Source of the DNA: Schmidtea polychroa
Taxonomy: Eukaryota
Length of the DNA: 64,000 nucleotides
Reading direction: 5' to 3'
Assembly: GCA_044892525.1 (NCBI GenBank)
Contig: CM097885.1
Coordinates: forward strand, 10,356,001-10,420,000
Shown here: positions 52,580 to 64,000 of the stretch, piece by piece
How the letters are laid out: every line of letters begins with the position of its first letter
How positions within the stretch are numbered: the first letter of the stretch is position 1
Notes under the pieces: model-generated
Database searches by the model: none
What the model saw: the letters and a program-made list of their open reading frames with translations, nothing else
Told to the model about the DNA's origin: nothing
Made by a program: the position numbers and the translations under genes

Positions 52580-53230
52580 CAACCGTGATTTTTCCCTCGT
52601 ATTCTCGTAATTCTACTGAGTAATCTTCTATATCTACCACATAGGAAACTAAATTGCTACCGCGAATTTTCTTTCTTCCTTCGCAGGTTCCATCTGAGGC
52701 AATTGTTCCTCCTCGAGTTATTGTTATTCCCAATGTTTTCCAATTTCGGCCGATATTGATACCTCATTGCCTATCCTCACACTTCCTTTCCGAAACGCAT
52801 CTAAGCAATCTTCGGGCATTATGTTTACCGGCCTGGAATTAATGTTGCAGATAGGAAAGCAGAATAGCTATTACTACCGCAATAATATTCAAATGTATCT
52901 CTCTGAATTCTACATTCCTTTATCGTGATTCTATAAAATTCACTCTCTTGGTAGACGTAATATTCTACCTTTTCCTCTTGATGAACCTTCTCTGGATACG
53001 CCTCTTTGCACTCAATTGCATCTACTAGCGAATATATCCGAGACAGTTTGGGATTGCTACAATCAAACACTGTCAATGAATTAGTTTGTTTTAATATGCC
53101 CATCATTACCAGAAACAATCATGCTTGTCATGTTGCCTGTGCTTGAACTACCATTATTTATAGCTTCTTCCACGACTTCATATCGTGGTTTTGGGATCAT
53201 TTCCTTTTCCCAAAATTTGTTTACGGTCAT
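52580..53230 (-). pseudogene. env-like glycoprotein (chuvirus/herpes gB-type class III fusogen), N-terminal ~200 aa, frameshifted and truncated
   Basis: Signal-like LFLVMMGIL, then LTVFDCSNP...YSLVDAIEC...VYQE...KECRI...YYCGSNSY...PEDCLDAFRKG...RGGTIASDGTCEG cysteine pattern. Confidence 0.72.
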
Positions 53231-54142
53231 TCATACCTCAAGGTAATAATCTACCATTTCTACTATTTGATCGATTTCTCGTTCTATAAGCTTTCTATCG
53301 TCCCCTGCTCGGGCTAAGGCATTTTGAATTAACAATGATAGCGATGTTACCACTTTCCCTCTTGGTAATCCTTGCTGTACGAATGCTTCTATGGCATCCT
53401 GAATATTTCCTGTTGATACATTTTTGGATACTTTATCTATTGTCTTCTTGACCTCTTTCATTATCTTCTTCACTTCGATTCCCTTGATCTTTGGAATTCT
53501 CCATTTGGGCCTAATAATCTTGATCATTTGTTGTATACGTTGCCACAATAACGACCTCTCTGGCGTTGTCTCTTCTTCCACCTGGTCGTCCACTTCTTGA
53601 GCTATCCCTGCTAATGTTTTTAGCTGAATTTTATGAATCGTTTCCGGATTTAACTGCTCCTTGGGTGGAGGTTTCATTTGATCCTTTCTAGGACGTCCAC
53701 GTCTATCTTTTTTCACTTTCTTCGGGGGTTTTTCAGTCTCCGGATTTGTTACAGCATGTGACGTAGTAGCTCCTACGTTTGTTTATCCTGGATTTAATCT
53801 GACGTACTCTGAGAAGTAATCTTCCTTGTCAATGTCCACCATTTGACAGGGGTTAATTTCTACTAGCCTTATTTCCTCGATTTCTTCCACAATTTCGTTT
53901 GCTATATCTTGCAGTCTCATTAATGACCACTGGAATTCGGGTGGAGTTACTGGGATGATCATTACCGTGGTTGTTGCCAACGGTAGACAACCCACATCCA
54001 CTAGATATTCATCATCATCCACTTGCCTACCATGGACCATTATCAGGAATTTATTATTATATCTATCAAGTGCCAACCCAACCAACAACAGTCCAACATC
54101 AATCAAACCAACCAAACCAGTCTTTTTTATTGTATTTACCAA
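53231..54142 (-). pseudogene. Accessory ORF (~300 aa, one in-frame stop at 53783) with an AT-hook
   Basis: ORFs 53783-54142 and 53231-53716 are in the same frame; RRGRPRK motif. Confidence 0.55.
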
Positions 54143-54344
54143 GTGTCAACCCAACCAACACTGACCAGTCAAGCGTCTCCCTTGTTGTATTGCCTTTTCC
54201 TATATTTGATTTATATTTAATATTTATAATCATACCAACACCACCATCGACTAACCAATACCTATATCCCTACACTGATCCCTTTTCCTTCACTGGTCTT
54301 CATCTTCTCTCTCCAACTTATACCCGCCTATATCTTTATATACT

Positions 54345-54712
54345 TCTACCTTCCAACCTCTACCTTCCTCTATCGTCCAACCTCTACCTTCGAACCTCTA
54401 CCTCTACCGTCCAACCTCTACCATCCAACCTCTACCATCCAACCTCTACCATCCAACCTCTATCATCCAACCCTATCGTCCAACCTCTACCTTCCAACCT
54501 CTACCTTCCTCTATCGTCCAACCTCTACCTTCCGCTATCGTCCAACCTCTAACTCTTCCGTCCAACCTCTACCTCTACCGTCCAACCTCTACCTCTACCG
54601 TCCAACCTCTACCGTCCAACTTCTACCTCTACCGTCAAACCTCTACCTCTACCGTCCAACCTCTACCGTCCAACCTCTACCGTCCAACCTATACCGCCCA
54701 ATCTCTAACCTC
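54345..54712. repeat. CCAACCTCTA(CCGT)-type tandem repeat inside the LTR element
   Basis: Read directly. Confidence 0.9.
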
Positions 54713-55139
54713 TTTACACAAAACTTCTCCCAAACTTCTACCCCTTACTCACACACTAGTACAAAGAAAAGCTCATAAAAAAAACCTCCTACTCCACTAT
54801 TTCTTCTGAACTACCAAAAACCCACTTACTATATCCTATATATAATACTGTATTCCCAGGCATAACCTTATTTATACCAAAAATATCTTTATTATATTAA
54901 ATAGAAGCTTATCTCAAGAAGCTTCTACATCAACCAGTCAAAAGAAGTTTATCTCAGGAAACTTCTACACCAATCAGTCAAACCTCTCGTTTAACGCTTG
55001 AGCACCTTCTCAGCGTTCGTCAGATAACAGAAGAAAAGCTTTAGACTTCAAAGGGTCGAGAATATCTCCCCTTTTGCCCGATGGGCCTTATGGATTTAAT
55101 AAAATAAAATTTGATTTTTTTTTTTTTTTTTTTTACCTG

Positions 55140-57275
55140 TAGTTTGATCGGTGGCAATCACATCTCTCCTTAATATTTTGACCTTGATATAACAATTATA
55201 AATCATTGTTAATGGTTCTTTTCCCATTTTTCGCACGTCTAGATTAATGTTGCCTTGTCTATCAGGCTGACTTCGGATAGCTTTCCCATTTCTCCTCATC
55301 AGTGCTTCGATTTGCGTCTGGAATGGGCTTGTTTCCTTTACTACTGGTAGTATAAGTGGAATTATTGCTTCCAACAAATCTACTGGTATTCGTAATACTA
55401 ACATCCAGTCAAGTATTTCTTTTATGGTCTCTCCATCTCGTGGAGATTTCTGCAATTCCAGCCCTAGACGCTGGGTTAATTGTTGAGTTTCCTCCAATCC
55501 CTCGATTTCCATCTGAGTAATCAAGAATACGCTATCTTGATCCATTACTGCCAGTGGCATCGGTGCTCTCTTTGCTGTGAGCTTCGTCACTCTACCTGGG
55601 AGTATCCCGTTCTGTAGAAGTGTTTGGTTTGCTTCTAATTTTATTCCACATAAGTATAAGTCATATCCTTGATGCTTAATACTTGTCAATGTTTCTGTTA
55701 ATTTATCGGCTCGACTTCTTACGTTTATATCGAGATTATACTCTTTATCCTGTGGGAGTTTTATATTGAGTTGAGCATCTTGGAGGTCTCACTCATGTTC
55801 CATGAGTTTTCCTAATTTCCTTAGGATTTTGTACGTGTCGTTATCATACTTTGGATCATCTTCGACCTGCGATATCAGTTTTACTACTGTATCGATTTCG
55901 TGAATTTTAATCTCCGTTTCTCCCAATTTTTCTAATGGTCTAGCCAGCTTCTGCTGGTATTCATATCTGGAATCCACCAGTTTTAAACAATTTGTTAAGG
56001 TATCTGACCCTTCTTTTACCTTTGCTTTCACTGGCAAGGTTACATCGAACTCGCTTAGTATGGTGGCCATACTAGGTTCATCATCGGAACTCTCCTCTGA
56101 TTCCGTTTCCTGAAGGTCCTCTCTAATGGAGTCCTTTTTTCTAAGAGACTTTTCCTCATCTCTTCCAAATTGTACCATAAAGATGGTGCCTTCTTGGTCG
56201 GTCAATCTAGCCAACATATTCTTTTCCTCCTATATTTCCATTTCCAGTTGTTGCAGATAAGTTAACCCTTGATCCTGGTTAACCATAAATGTCGTCTTAG
56301 GCTTGTTCACATTACCCTTATCGGTATTTTTATGTAACTGACCAGTGTTACGACTCTGATTCTGAGAACATGACCTCATTATATATCCGAATTTCCCACA
56401 TCCGTGACATTTTATCTTTCCTGATGAATTTATATCATCTCTTTTAATAGTACTAAAAATATTGCTGTTCTGAGGACTTCTAGTCCTGCAGACTGCAGCA
56501 ACATGCCCCTTTCGTTTACATTTTTCACATTGCAAATTCTGTACTGTACAGTTTTCCGCGCCGTGGTTAATTCGTCCACACTTGGTACATTGTATACTTT
56601 TACGATTGTCCATATTTTTCCTACTGGTACAATATTTCGCTATATGCCCTTTCTATGGCAATTGAAACACTCTACCGGTGTTCTCTCACTGTTTACAAGG
56701 AACATGGATGACTTTTCCAAACTGCTTTCAATTACGACAGCTTTCCGTGTCAATTTGTCAAAATCATCACTAGTGTGTAGTATTGGGGCGTTCCTCATGG
56801 TAGGAGTAAGTCCTGCCCATAACTGATCCTTAACTAACAATTCTGTTGGCTTTGCCCATGTGGTTTTCGGCCCAAATGCTCTTTCGGCAATTAATGATAG
56901 CTGATGTGCAAATTCCCCCACATGTTCATTGGCATTTCGTTTTCGATGATAAAATTGTTGTCTAAATATTCTTCCCGCATCTCCGGGCAATATTCGAGCA
57001 GTCATTGCCTCTCTCATTTCGGCCCATGTTTTCGGTACTTGAGTGACTGGTAATGCTATTATGTCATTATATTTTTCCCTTGCTAGCCCCTTTAGGTATA
57101 TGGGTAACCTTTGTATCATGATATTATCTGGGTAAGTATATGCTTTTGCCATCTGGTAATATTCAGACATAAACTCTGGGAATTCTCCTGGATCCCCGCT
57201 GAATGCCTTTACGGGCAGAGTGGGATATCTGGCAAATGCGTTTACATTAGCTTCTTCTGCCATTTGATTATTCAA
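55140..57275 (-). pseudogene. Extended gag: capsid domain, 4 CCHC knuckles, acidic linker, ubiquitin-like domain (1 frameshift, 2 nonsense codons)
   Basis: FSGDPGEFPEF...YLKGLAREKY...FYHRKRNANEHVGEF capsid; CFNCHRKG, CTKCGRINH..C, CEKCKRKGH..C, CHGCGKFG..C; the frame continues across TAG (56230) and TGA (55789). Confidence 0.85.
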
Positions 57276-57341
57276 TTTTACTCTGGCTCTAGTTCCTAAC
57301 GCTATTTTGTTTTATTTCAATTTCTACCCGATGATAATTTT

Positions 57342-57359
57342 ATCACGTCGGGCTCACCA
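57342..57359 (-). promoter_or_regulatory. Primer-binding site complementary to tRNA-Trp
   Basis: TGGTGAGCCCGACGTGAT matches the classical tRNA-Trp PBS TGGTGACCCCGACGTGAT at 17/18 positions, 3 nt after the LTR end. Confidence 0.85.
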
Positions 57360-57849
57360 AAATGTTAGGTTCGATGGGTACTTCGATCTAACACAAAAAG
57401 ATTTGACTCCACAAATTATATGTAAGGTTGCGCGTGAATATTAAACCAATAAATAACAATATGAATTAAAGATTTATTTAAATGAAATATGTATTAAATA
57501 CAACTCGATAACCAAATAATAACTAGCTGCACGCTAAAGCACAGATATCGGTTATACAAACCACCCTAAAGAGTATTTCAAAGGATCAAGGCTGGCCCTA
57601 AATGCGCCAACAGCCCGATATAGGTGAACGGATAAAGAGGACGGGTTACCGAAGTTTTACCGCTATACTATTAACCCAGATAAATAGTAAATAGTCGTAA
57701 TCAAAACAGTCAAAACAGCTACAAAAGTGTTGGCTGGTGACTGTGTCCCTTTATTTATGAGAAAAATGAGATAGGTATTAATATATGTATATATATTTAT
57801 ATATTTATCAATATTAACTAACTAATTTATAACGAACCCGAAAATTGGT

Positions 57850-59722
57850 TGTTAAACGGAAATTCAATTGAGGCTAATAGATTACATTATTATCCACCTG
57901 GGACTGAGTTACGGAAGGCACAGGTGCAACAATTAATGACACAATCATCTAACCAACAGTCATTTCTTTTGAGATCAAGTACAAAGTCGAAGACAACCAC
58001 CATGGCCTCATTCAAGGTAGCTGAAATTTTATTAAAACATAAGAAGCCCTTTGAAGACGGCGAAATATGGAAAGAGAGTTATATTAAAGCTGGAGAATTT
58101 TTATTTCAAAATTTTAAAAATAAATCTGAATTTATCGCTTCGATTAAAGAAATGTCACTGTCGCGATACATCGTTATGCGCAGAACAGAAGCGATGAGTA
58201 AAAATTTAGAAGAGATTCTGAAAGAAAATATTAATGAAGGCAGGTTTCTATCCTTACAATTCGGCGAATCAACGGATGTCACAGGTACCGCACAGCTATG
58301 TGTATTTATTCGAATGTGTTTCCATGATATATCTGTTAGAGAAAAATTGTTAACAATTTTACCGATGAAGGACAAACGAGAAATCAAGATATATATAATT
58401 TGTTTAAATTTTTCATCAATAAAACAAAATTTCCAATAGATAAACTGGTGTCGATTACGACTGATGGAGCTCCTTCTATGGTTGGGAATCATAATGGGTT
58501 CATAACTCTTTGTAAGAATGATGATGATATTCCAAGTTTTACCAACTACCATTGCATTATCCATCAGCAGGCCCTGTGCCCAAAAATATTAAATTCAGAC
58601 GATGTGATGAATGTCACCTTCAAAATGGTTAATTCTATTCGTGGAAGCAGTTTGCAAAGACGCAGCTTTAGACCACTACTAGAGGAATGTGAATCTGATC
58701 TCGGGGAATTACTATTACACACAGATGTAAGATGATTAAGCCGTACTAAGTTTTTAAAAAGATTCTTGGATCGTTTACCTGAAATAAAAGAGTTTATGGC
58801 AACGCTTAAGAAAACATATCCTCAATTGGAAGATGATAAGTGGGTGCGTGATCTTGCTTTTCTCTCTGATATTACAGGAAAGCTAAATGAATTAAATTAT
58901 GGCAGCTAATTCTACAGATAGAAGCTCACATGAATATGATCAATGTGCTAATAAGATCTCTCTGTTACAAAATGAGTTTGATAGAAGATTTAAAGATATT
59001 TCAAAAATAGAAGATATAATATCATTCGTGTCATTCCCATTCAATGATGAAATTCAAAAAGAAGAAATATCAGTAAAATTAAAAGAATTTCTAGATGTAG
59101 ACCAAATACTAGTTGAAAATGAAATCCTTAACTTAAAAAGCAAAATATTTTTGAAATCAAGAACTTGTTCTCAAAAATGTTATTGGAACTTACTCTGTGA
59201 AGAAAAATATCCATGTTTGTGGAGATGTGCGGCATATCTAACACCTTTTTTCGGTTCTACTTACCTCTGCGAAACAACATTTTCTACCATGAATGCAATC
59301 AAAATAAAACATCGCTCCCGTTTGACAGATGATCATTTGGCAGCATTTTATGAATAGCTGTCAGTACACATGAACCACAATATGATAGACTTGCCTAATA
59401 TATTCAATGTCAAGTTTCCAGCGCGTCCTCTGATACGACCTAAATAATGCAAGTTCATATTTACAAGCACATTGTTTGCATTAATAAAATAAAATAAAAG
59501 AACATATTGTTTTATTTATAAATTATTTTTATGTTTGTGTAGTAATCATTGATTTCTGTTATTAAAATAACTTGGTATTGAATAGGTATTGACATTATCT
59601 ATGTTTATATGAAATTTAAACTTATTTTTTGCAATAAATTACTACTTTTCGATGTTAGTCGACCGCCGGCAATAATTTTAGAAGCAAGTCGCCCGTGGTC
59701 ATCAAAGGTTTGGCCACCCCTG
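57850..59722 (+). mobile_element. hAT (Charlie/SPIN, GTF2IRD2-like) transposon, 5'-truncated, transposase pseudogene
   Basis: KKPFEDGE, SLQFGESTDVTGTAQLCVFIR, SITTDGAPSMVG, HCIIHQQAL, LLHTDVR, FGSTYLCETTFS; right TIR GTTTGGCCACCCCTG ending at 59722. Confidence 0.9.
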
Positions 59723-60290
59723 AACTATATAAACTACTACTCCCTTGAATATCATTTCTTCTAGCACTGTGTGCATCAGTCTCTGGAATGTCGCAGGGGC
59801 TGTTGCCAAGCCAAACGGTAGTCTATTGATGCAAAATTGTCCTTCTCTTGTACTGAATGCAGTCATTTCTTGAATTTCTGGAGCCAATTCCACTTGATAA
59901 TACGCCTGACCTAAATCGATTGACGAAAATATTTTTGCATTCACGAGACTTTCTAGTGAGAATTTGGTATTAGGCATAGGAAATGACTCCTTTTCTGTTA
60001 TGGCATTCGATCCACGATAATCTACACACATCCTGATAGATCCATCTTTCTTCCTTACTATCACTAACTGGGCATTCCAAGGACTTTTGCAACACCAAAT
60101 AACATTTGCTTTCATTAACTCTTTTATCAGCTCTTCAATCCTTTTCTCGATGTGCATTAGTTGACGTCGAGGATGTTGCATTATTTGGACTCTTGTTATC
60201 CGCATCTCATGTCGAACTAAGTTTGTAAATCCCAGATCGAATTTCGATGCCATAAATTTCCGCCGTATTTCTTGATCATTCCTTCAATAT
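59723..60290 (-). mobile_element. Gypsy reverse transcriptase N-terminal half (inverted)
   Basis: SPWNAQLVIVRKKDGSIRMCVDYR, FSSIDLGQAYYQV, TAFST, RLPFGLATAPATFQRLM, ending at VVVYI. Confidence 0.9.
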
Positions 60291-60321
60291 CTTTTATATT
60301 TTCAATATCTTTACTATCTAT

Positions 60322-62680
60322 ATTATAGATTATATCTTGGTATATGGTAAAAGTCAAAAAGACCACGATGAGCTATTAAGGGAAATATTCAGAAGAATTC
60401 AAATGGCAGGACTGAAGATAAATCCAGAAAAATGCAAATTCAATAAAACAGAACTGTGTTTCCTTGGTCACACAATTAACGAGAAGGGTATCCAGACAAA
60501 CAGAAAGAAAGTGGAAGAGATCGAGAAAGTAGAAGTACCAAAATATTCAAAACAATTGAGTCGTTTCTCGGATTAACGAACTACTATAGAAGATTCATCA
60601 AAGACTATGCCAAAATCGCCGAATTATTATAAGCTGCAACATCTAGATGCAATAAATATATAAATTGTATTAAAGAATGCAATGAGAGCTTCCAAACACT
60701 GAAGAGAAGCTGTGCGAACCACCAATCCTTGATTTTTCAAGGGAAGATAGGATTTTTATCCTATACACAGACGCTAGTTTCGGAGCCATTGCTGCAGTTT
60801 TGAGTCAAATTACAGAAAATGGAAAAGAATCTGTCATCGCTTATGGCTCGAGACATATGTCATCACATGAAAAGGGATACTGTGTAACCAGGAAAGAACT
60901 GCTCGCCGTACATGAATACGTCATGAATTTTAGAGAATATCTGTACGGAAGAAAATTCGTAATTCGCACCGACAACAAAGCATTGGTTTTAATGAACACT
61001 ACAAAGACGCCAATCAGTACGCAGTTTCAAACATGGTTAGCTAACCGGTCGGAATATGATTTTGGACTAAAATATCGGAAAGGCGAAGAATACTCGAATG
61101 TAGATGGACTATCAAGATTAAAAAGTATGATTTTCACCCATTGTCAAACAAGATATGAAGAAGCTAAAAAGGAAAATCAAAGATATATATATATAAGGAC
61201 ATATATAAGGACATACGGTTTCGAGAGCTGCGAGAGATATTGGCAAATGGGTGTACACGGGAGAAAAGAATTGTTTTCCTTTTAACGTAAAAAATACACG
61301 AATTGATGGAGGATTGATAACAGTAGAAAAGAATAGAAAAATCTTGATGTTAGTCCCAGAAACATTTGCAGGCCTGTTAACAACAACCCTACATGAAGAA
61401 CTATGTCACATTGAAGTTAAAAAATTATTTCATTATATGGAAAAGATATTTTATTGTCCGAAAATGCAAGAAACAATCCAACTCTGTTTACTATGTTGCG
61501 AGATCTGCGCTAAGAGAAACATCGATCAGACAAGAACCAAGGATCATTTATTCCTAGATAAAGCTCTGGATACAGATTGTTATAGATGTGGCTTACATGA
61601 AAATAAATGCCATAAAAAATATATGGTAGTAATGGTGGACCGTTTTAGCAAACTGATTTCTTTAACTGCAATCACAAAGCAAGACGAAGGGACAATTTTC
61701 AAAACGATACTTAATAGTTGGATCTATCGATTTAGAAAACCGAAAAGCATTTTAACAGATAGAGGCCGCAATTTCGAAGGGAATTTCCTAAGACAGAAGC
61801 TACAGAAACTTAGAATCAAACAGGAATTCAGCTCACCTTACCAGCACCATTCAAATGGTTTAGCCGAACGAGCCATACGAACGATAAAATATCTTATTAC
61901 AGCAACATTGGCAGGTGGATGTGAAGTGAGAAACTGGCACGAACTTCTACCTAGCATAAAATTCACTATAAATAGCAGTCGACAAAGTGCTACAGGTTTA
62001 TCACTATTTCAGATAATTTAACCTACACTCTAACCTGAAACAAGATGAGATATCAAGAAGCGAAAGAATGGAAGACGCGAGATTTAACTCGAGTAAAGTC
62101 GCAGACACTATGAGAGCTATGGATAAGACAAAGAGGGGCACTCATGTTTTCGAGGTGTGGCAGAAGGTACACGTACGTAAAGAGTCGCAGAACAGGCACA
62201 AGAATGGTATGCAATACGATGGCCCATATACAATCGTCAGATTTCTATCACCTCATCGAGTCGAACTACATTCACAGGAAGGAACGAAAGAAAGAAGAAT
62301 CGAGTAGCTGAAGAAGTGGAAAAAGTCTTATGAAGGGGAGAGTTAGATATCTTTTTGTTTTAATAATTGGAGTTGGTGGTTTTGTGAAAAATTAAAAACT
62401 TGTTATTTAAAAATCCTTTGATTTAATATATATTGTTGGTTTATAGATTTTTGCTGAGAAATTTAAAGATGGATTTAAAGTGGGATTTAACTTTATAAAT
62501 GAAATTACTTCTAGGAGTTATTAAATCTTGCCAATAGGAGTTACAATAGTAAAGTTAGATTCAGTCACAAAATCATCATAGATCAGCAGCTATATAATTC
62601 TTTAAATAAAAGTGAGATCTTTCGATAAAACAGATCTTACATCAATCATCTATTATATTCATTGTAAATAATATCTTATA
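60322..62680 (+). mobile_element. Gypsy pol remainder (RT C-terminus, RNase H, integrase), PPT and probable 3' LTR
   Basis: IDYILVYGK, GLKINPEKC, YTDAS, KELLAV, TDNKAL, VDRFSK, TDRGRNF, HSNGLAERAI, YDGPY; GAAGGGGAGAG purine tract at ~62332. Confidence 0.88.
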
Positions 62681-62889
62681 TAATAATTATAAAATATATT
62701 TTTTTGAATTTTTTTGTATATAGCTGTGCTGTTATTTATTAGTAGATATTAAATATTGAAAAGCAATTTGTTTAAATATTCATTTGGAACATCATTTAAA
62801 TATTATATTTTATTATTATTATTGCATCACTAGTATTTATTAATTTAATTTTTCTTTATTATTTCACTAGCAATATTTGATATTTTATT

Positions 62890-63596
62890 ATGGATCGAGT
62901 TTTATTTTACAAAAATATGATGAAAGTAGCTCAACGCCTACCCGATCATTACAAAAAGCGTTATGATAATTTTGTTAATAACACCTTACGTTCACCTCAT
63001 ATGGCATACGAAGAGGGTAATTGGAAAAAAATAGAAGAAACTAATAAAATGTATTTTTAAACTTATTTCTTAAATGATTAACTATCGTCAAGATATCCTA
63101 TGTCATATTTTAATATTCCTCCTAAAGTTATTCATCCACCTGAAATGGACAAAGGATTGTTTTCTGGTGAAGGTATTGTTGTAGGTTTAAAAAAAAGAAC
63201 TGATCATCAGCCATACGAGTAAAATTTAACACTTAGATAAGCCCTGGAAAAGTTTATGTTTAGATCTCCACGAACTTGGAGACCAGCAGTTGTCGAAGAA
63301 CTGTTTTATAGTGAAGTATTAGATCGGTGGATGATAATACTTGTAACAATGAAAACATTAAAATTAATTGAACAATGTGGTGGATTCGATGATTATATCA
63401 TCAAGGTACAATTGGAAAGTTTTATTAAAATAGACTAACATTTTGTTAGTTGTCTGATGCTGAAATACACAGCCGATTAGGGCTTCACTTGAAACGAGAA
63501 ATGCTCATGAAACTAGCAAATATAGATAAACTTTATCCAAATGATGAAAAGAAAAGAAATGAACTGTTAGAGAAATTTAAAGATTTTCTCATTCCG
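62890..63596 (+). CDS. MRPL28: Mitochondrial ribosomal protein L28, first four exons (62890-63050, 63093-63218, 63264-63405, 63450-63596); no further exon recognised in the window
   Basis: RLPDHY, PPEMDKGLFSGEG, WRP...FYSEVLDR...VTMKTLKLIEQCGGFDDYI, GLHLKREML...KFKDFLIP; GT-AG introns preserve the frame. Confidence 0.88.
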
Positions 63597-64000
63597 GTAA
63601 TAATTTTATAATTTCCAGGAATTTTATTTTATTAAATCATTTTTTAGGTAATTTAATTTAATTTTAATAATTAATTAATGATGAATTTAATTGAAACATG
63701 AGGAGGGGTGTGGGGGGGGGGGGGGGGTACTGCTGGTTCTCTTTATTTTTGATATATTTTAATTTATTCATTTGATATTTTATTTTTAATTACACAATAT
63801 TATTATTTAATTTCTAATTTATTATTAAATTCAGTTAAAAAAGGCGCCAATTTTCATTTCATTATTATTATTAATTAAATCTATTTTTAGTAACATTATA
63901 ATTTTTGTATAAACTATATTAATATAAAATGAGAAATCAATTGGTGGTGATAAAACGCTGCTAAAATGTTGCTGCGGTTGTGGATGGATATAAGAAAATA

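Larger units (their letters stand above)
51540..57845 (-). mobile_element. Multi-ORF LTR retrotransposon (Gypsy-like gag), pol deleted, env-bearing, both LTRs truncated
   Basis: 5' LTR ends ...CCTAACA at 57363, followed by a PBS; PPT AGGGGGAAG then TGTTGGGGTTC starts the 3' LTR at 51572; gag, accessory ORFs and env relic lie between. Confidence 0.85.

Noticed and set aside
53971..54552. 193-aa plus-strand ORF
   Set aside because: It is antisense to the LTR element and largely a translation of the CCAACCTCTA repeat.
59723..62340. Treating this pol as the missing pol of the env-bearing element at 51.5-57.8 kb
   Set aside because: It lies outside that element's 5' LTR and has its own PPT and a different LTR start.

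Overview
Very AT-rich eukaryotic (metazoan) genomic DNA with short spliceosomal introns. The 18S rDNA remnant and the TE/TRAF content suggest a triclad flatworm (inference). The centrepiece is a 12,193-bp Polinton/Maverick (adintovirus-like) provirus at 20311-32503, with 966-bp TIRs, AGTAGT...ACTACT ends and a TGTAAG target-site duplication. It has intact major capsid, penton and protease genes, a zinc-finger/parvovirus-type PLA2/integrase fusion, a split packaging ATPase and a pPolB lacking its polymerase core. Each TIR carries a 256-bp terminal cassette bounded by its own inverted ends and a tRNA-like Pol III transcription unit (VA-RNA-like hypothesis). Other content: a pol-less LTR retrotransposon with a tRNA-Trp PBS, a Gag extended by a ubiquitin-like domain and a chuvirus/gB-type env remnant (51.5-57.8 kb); a ~9.3-kb long-inverted-repeat element with AP-1/NR5A-site arrays and seven polar ~90-bp motifs (40.6-49.9 kb); a Gypsy pol split and inverted at its YxDD motif by a hAT; an 18S pseudogene split by a hAT; and many MITE and TE relics. 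Host genes: an intact TRAF, the 5' exons of MRPL28 and a PHF14-like pseudogene. All protein family calls are by motif recognition, not database search.
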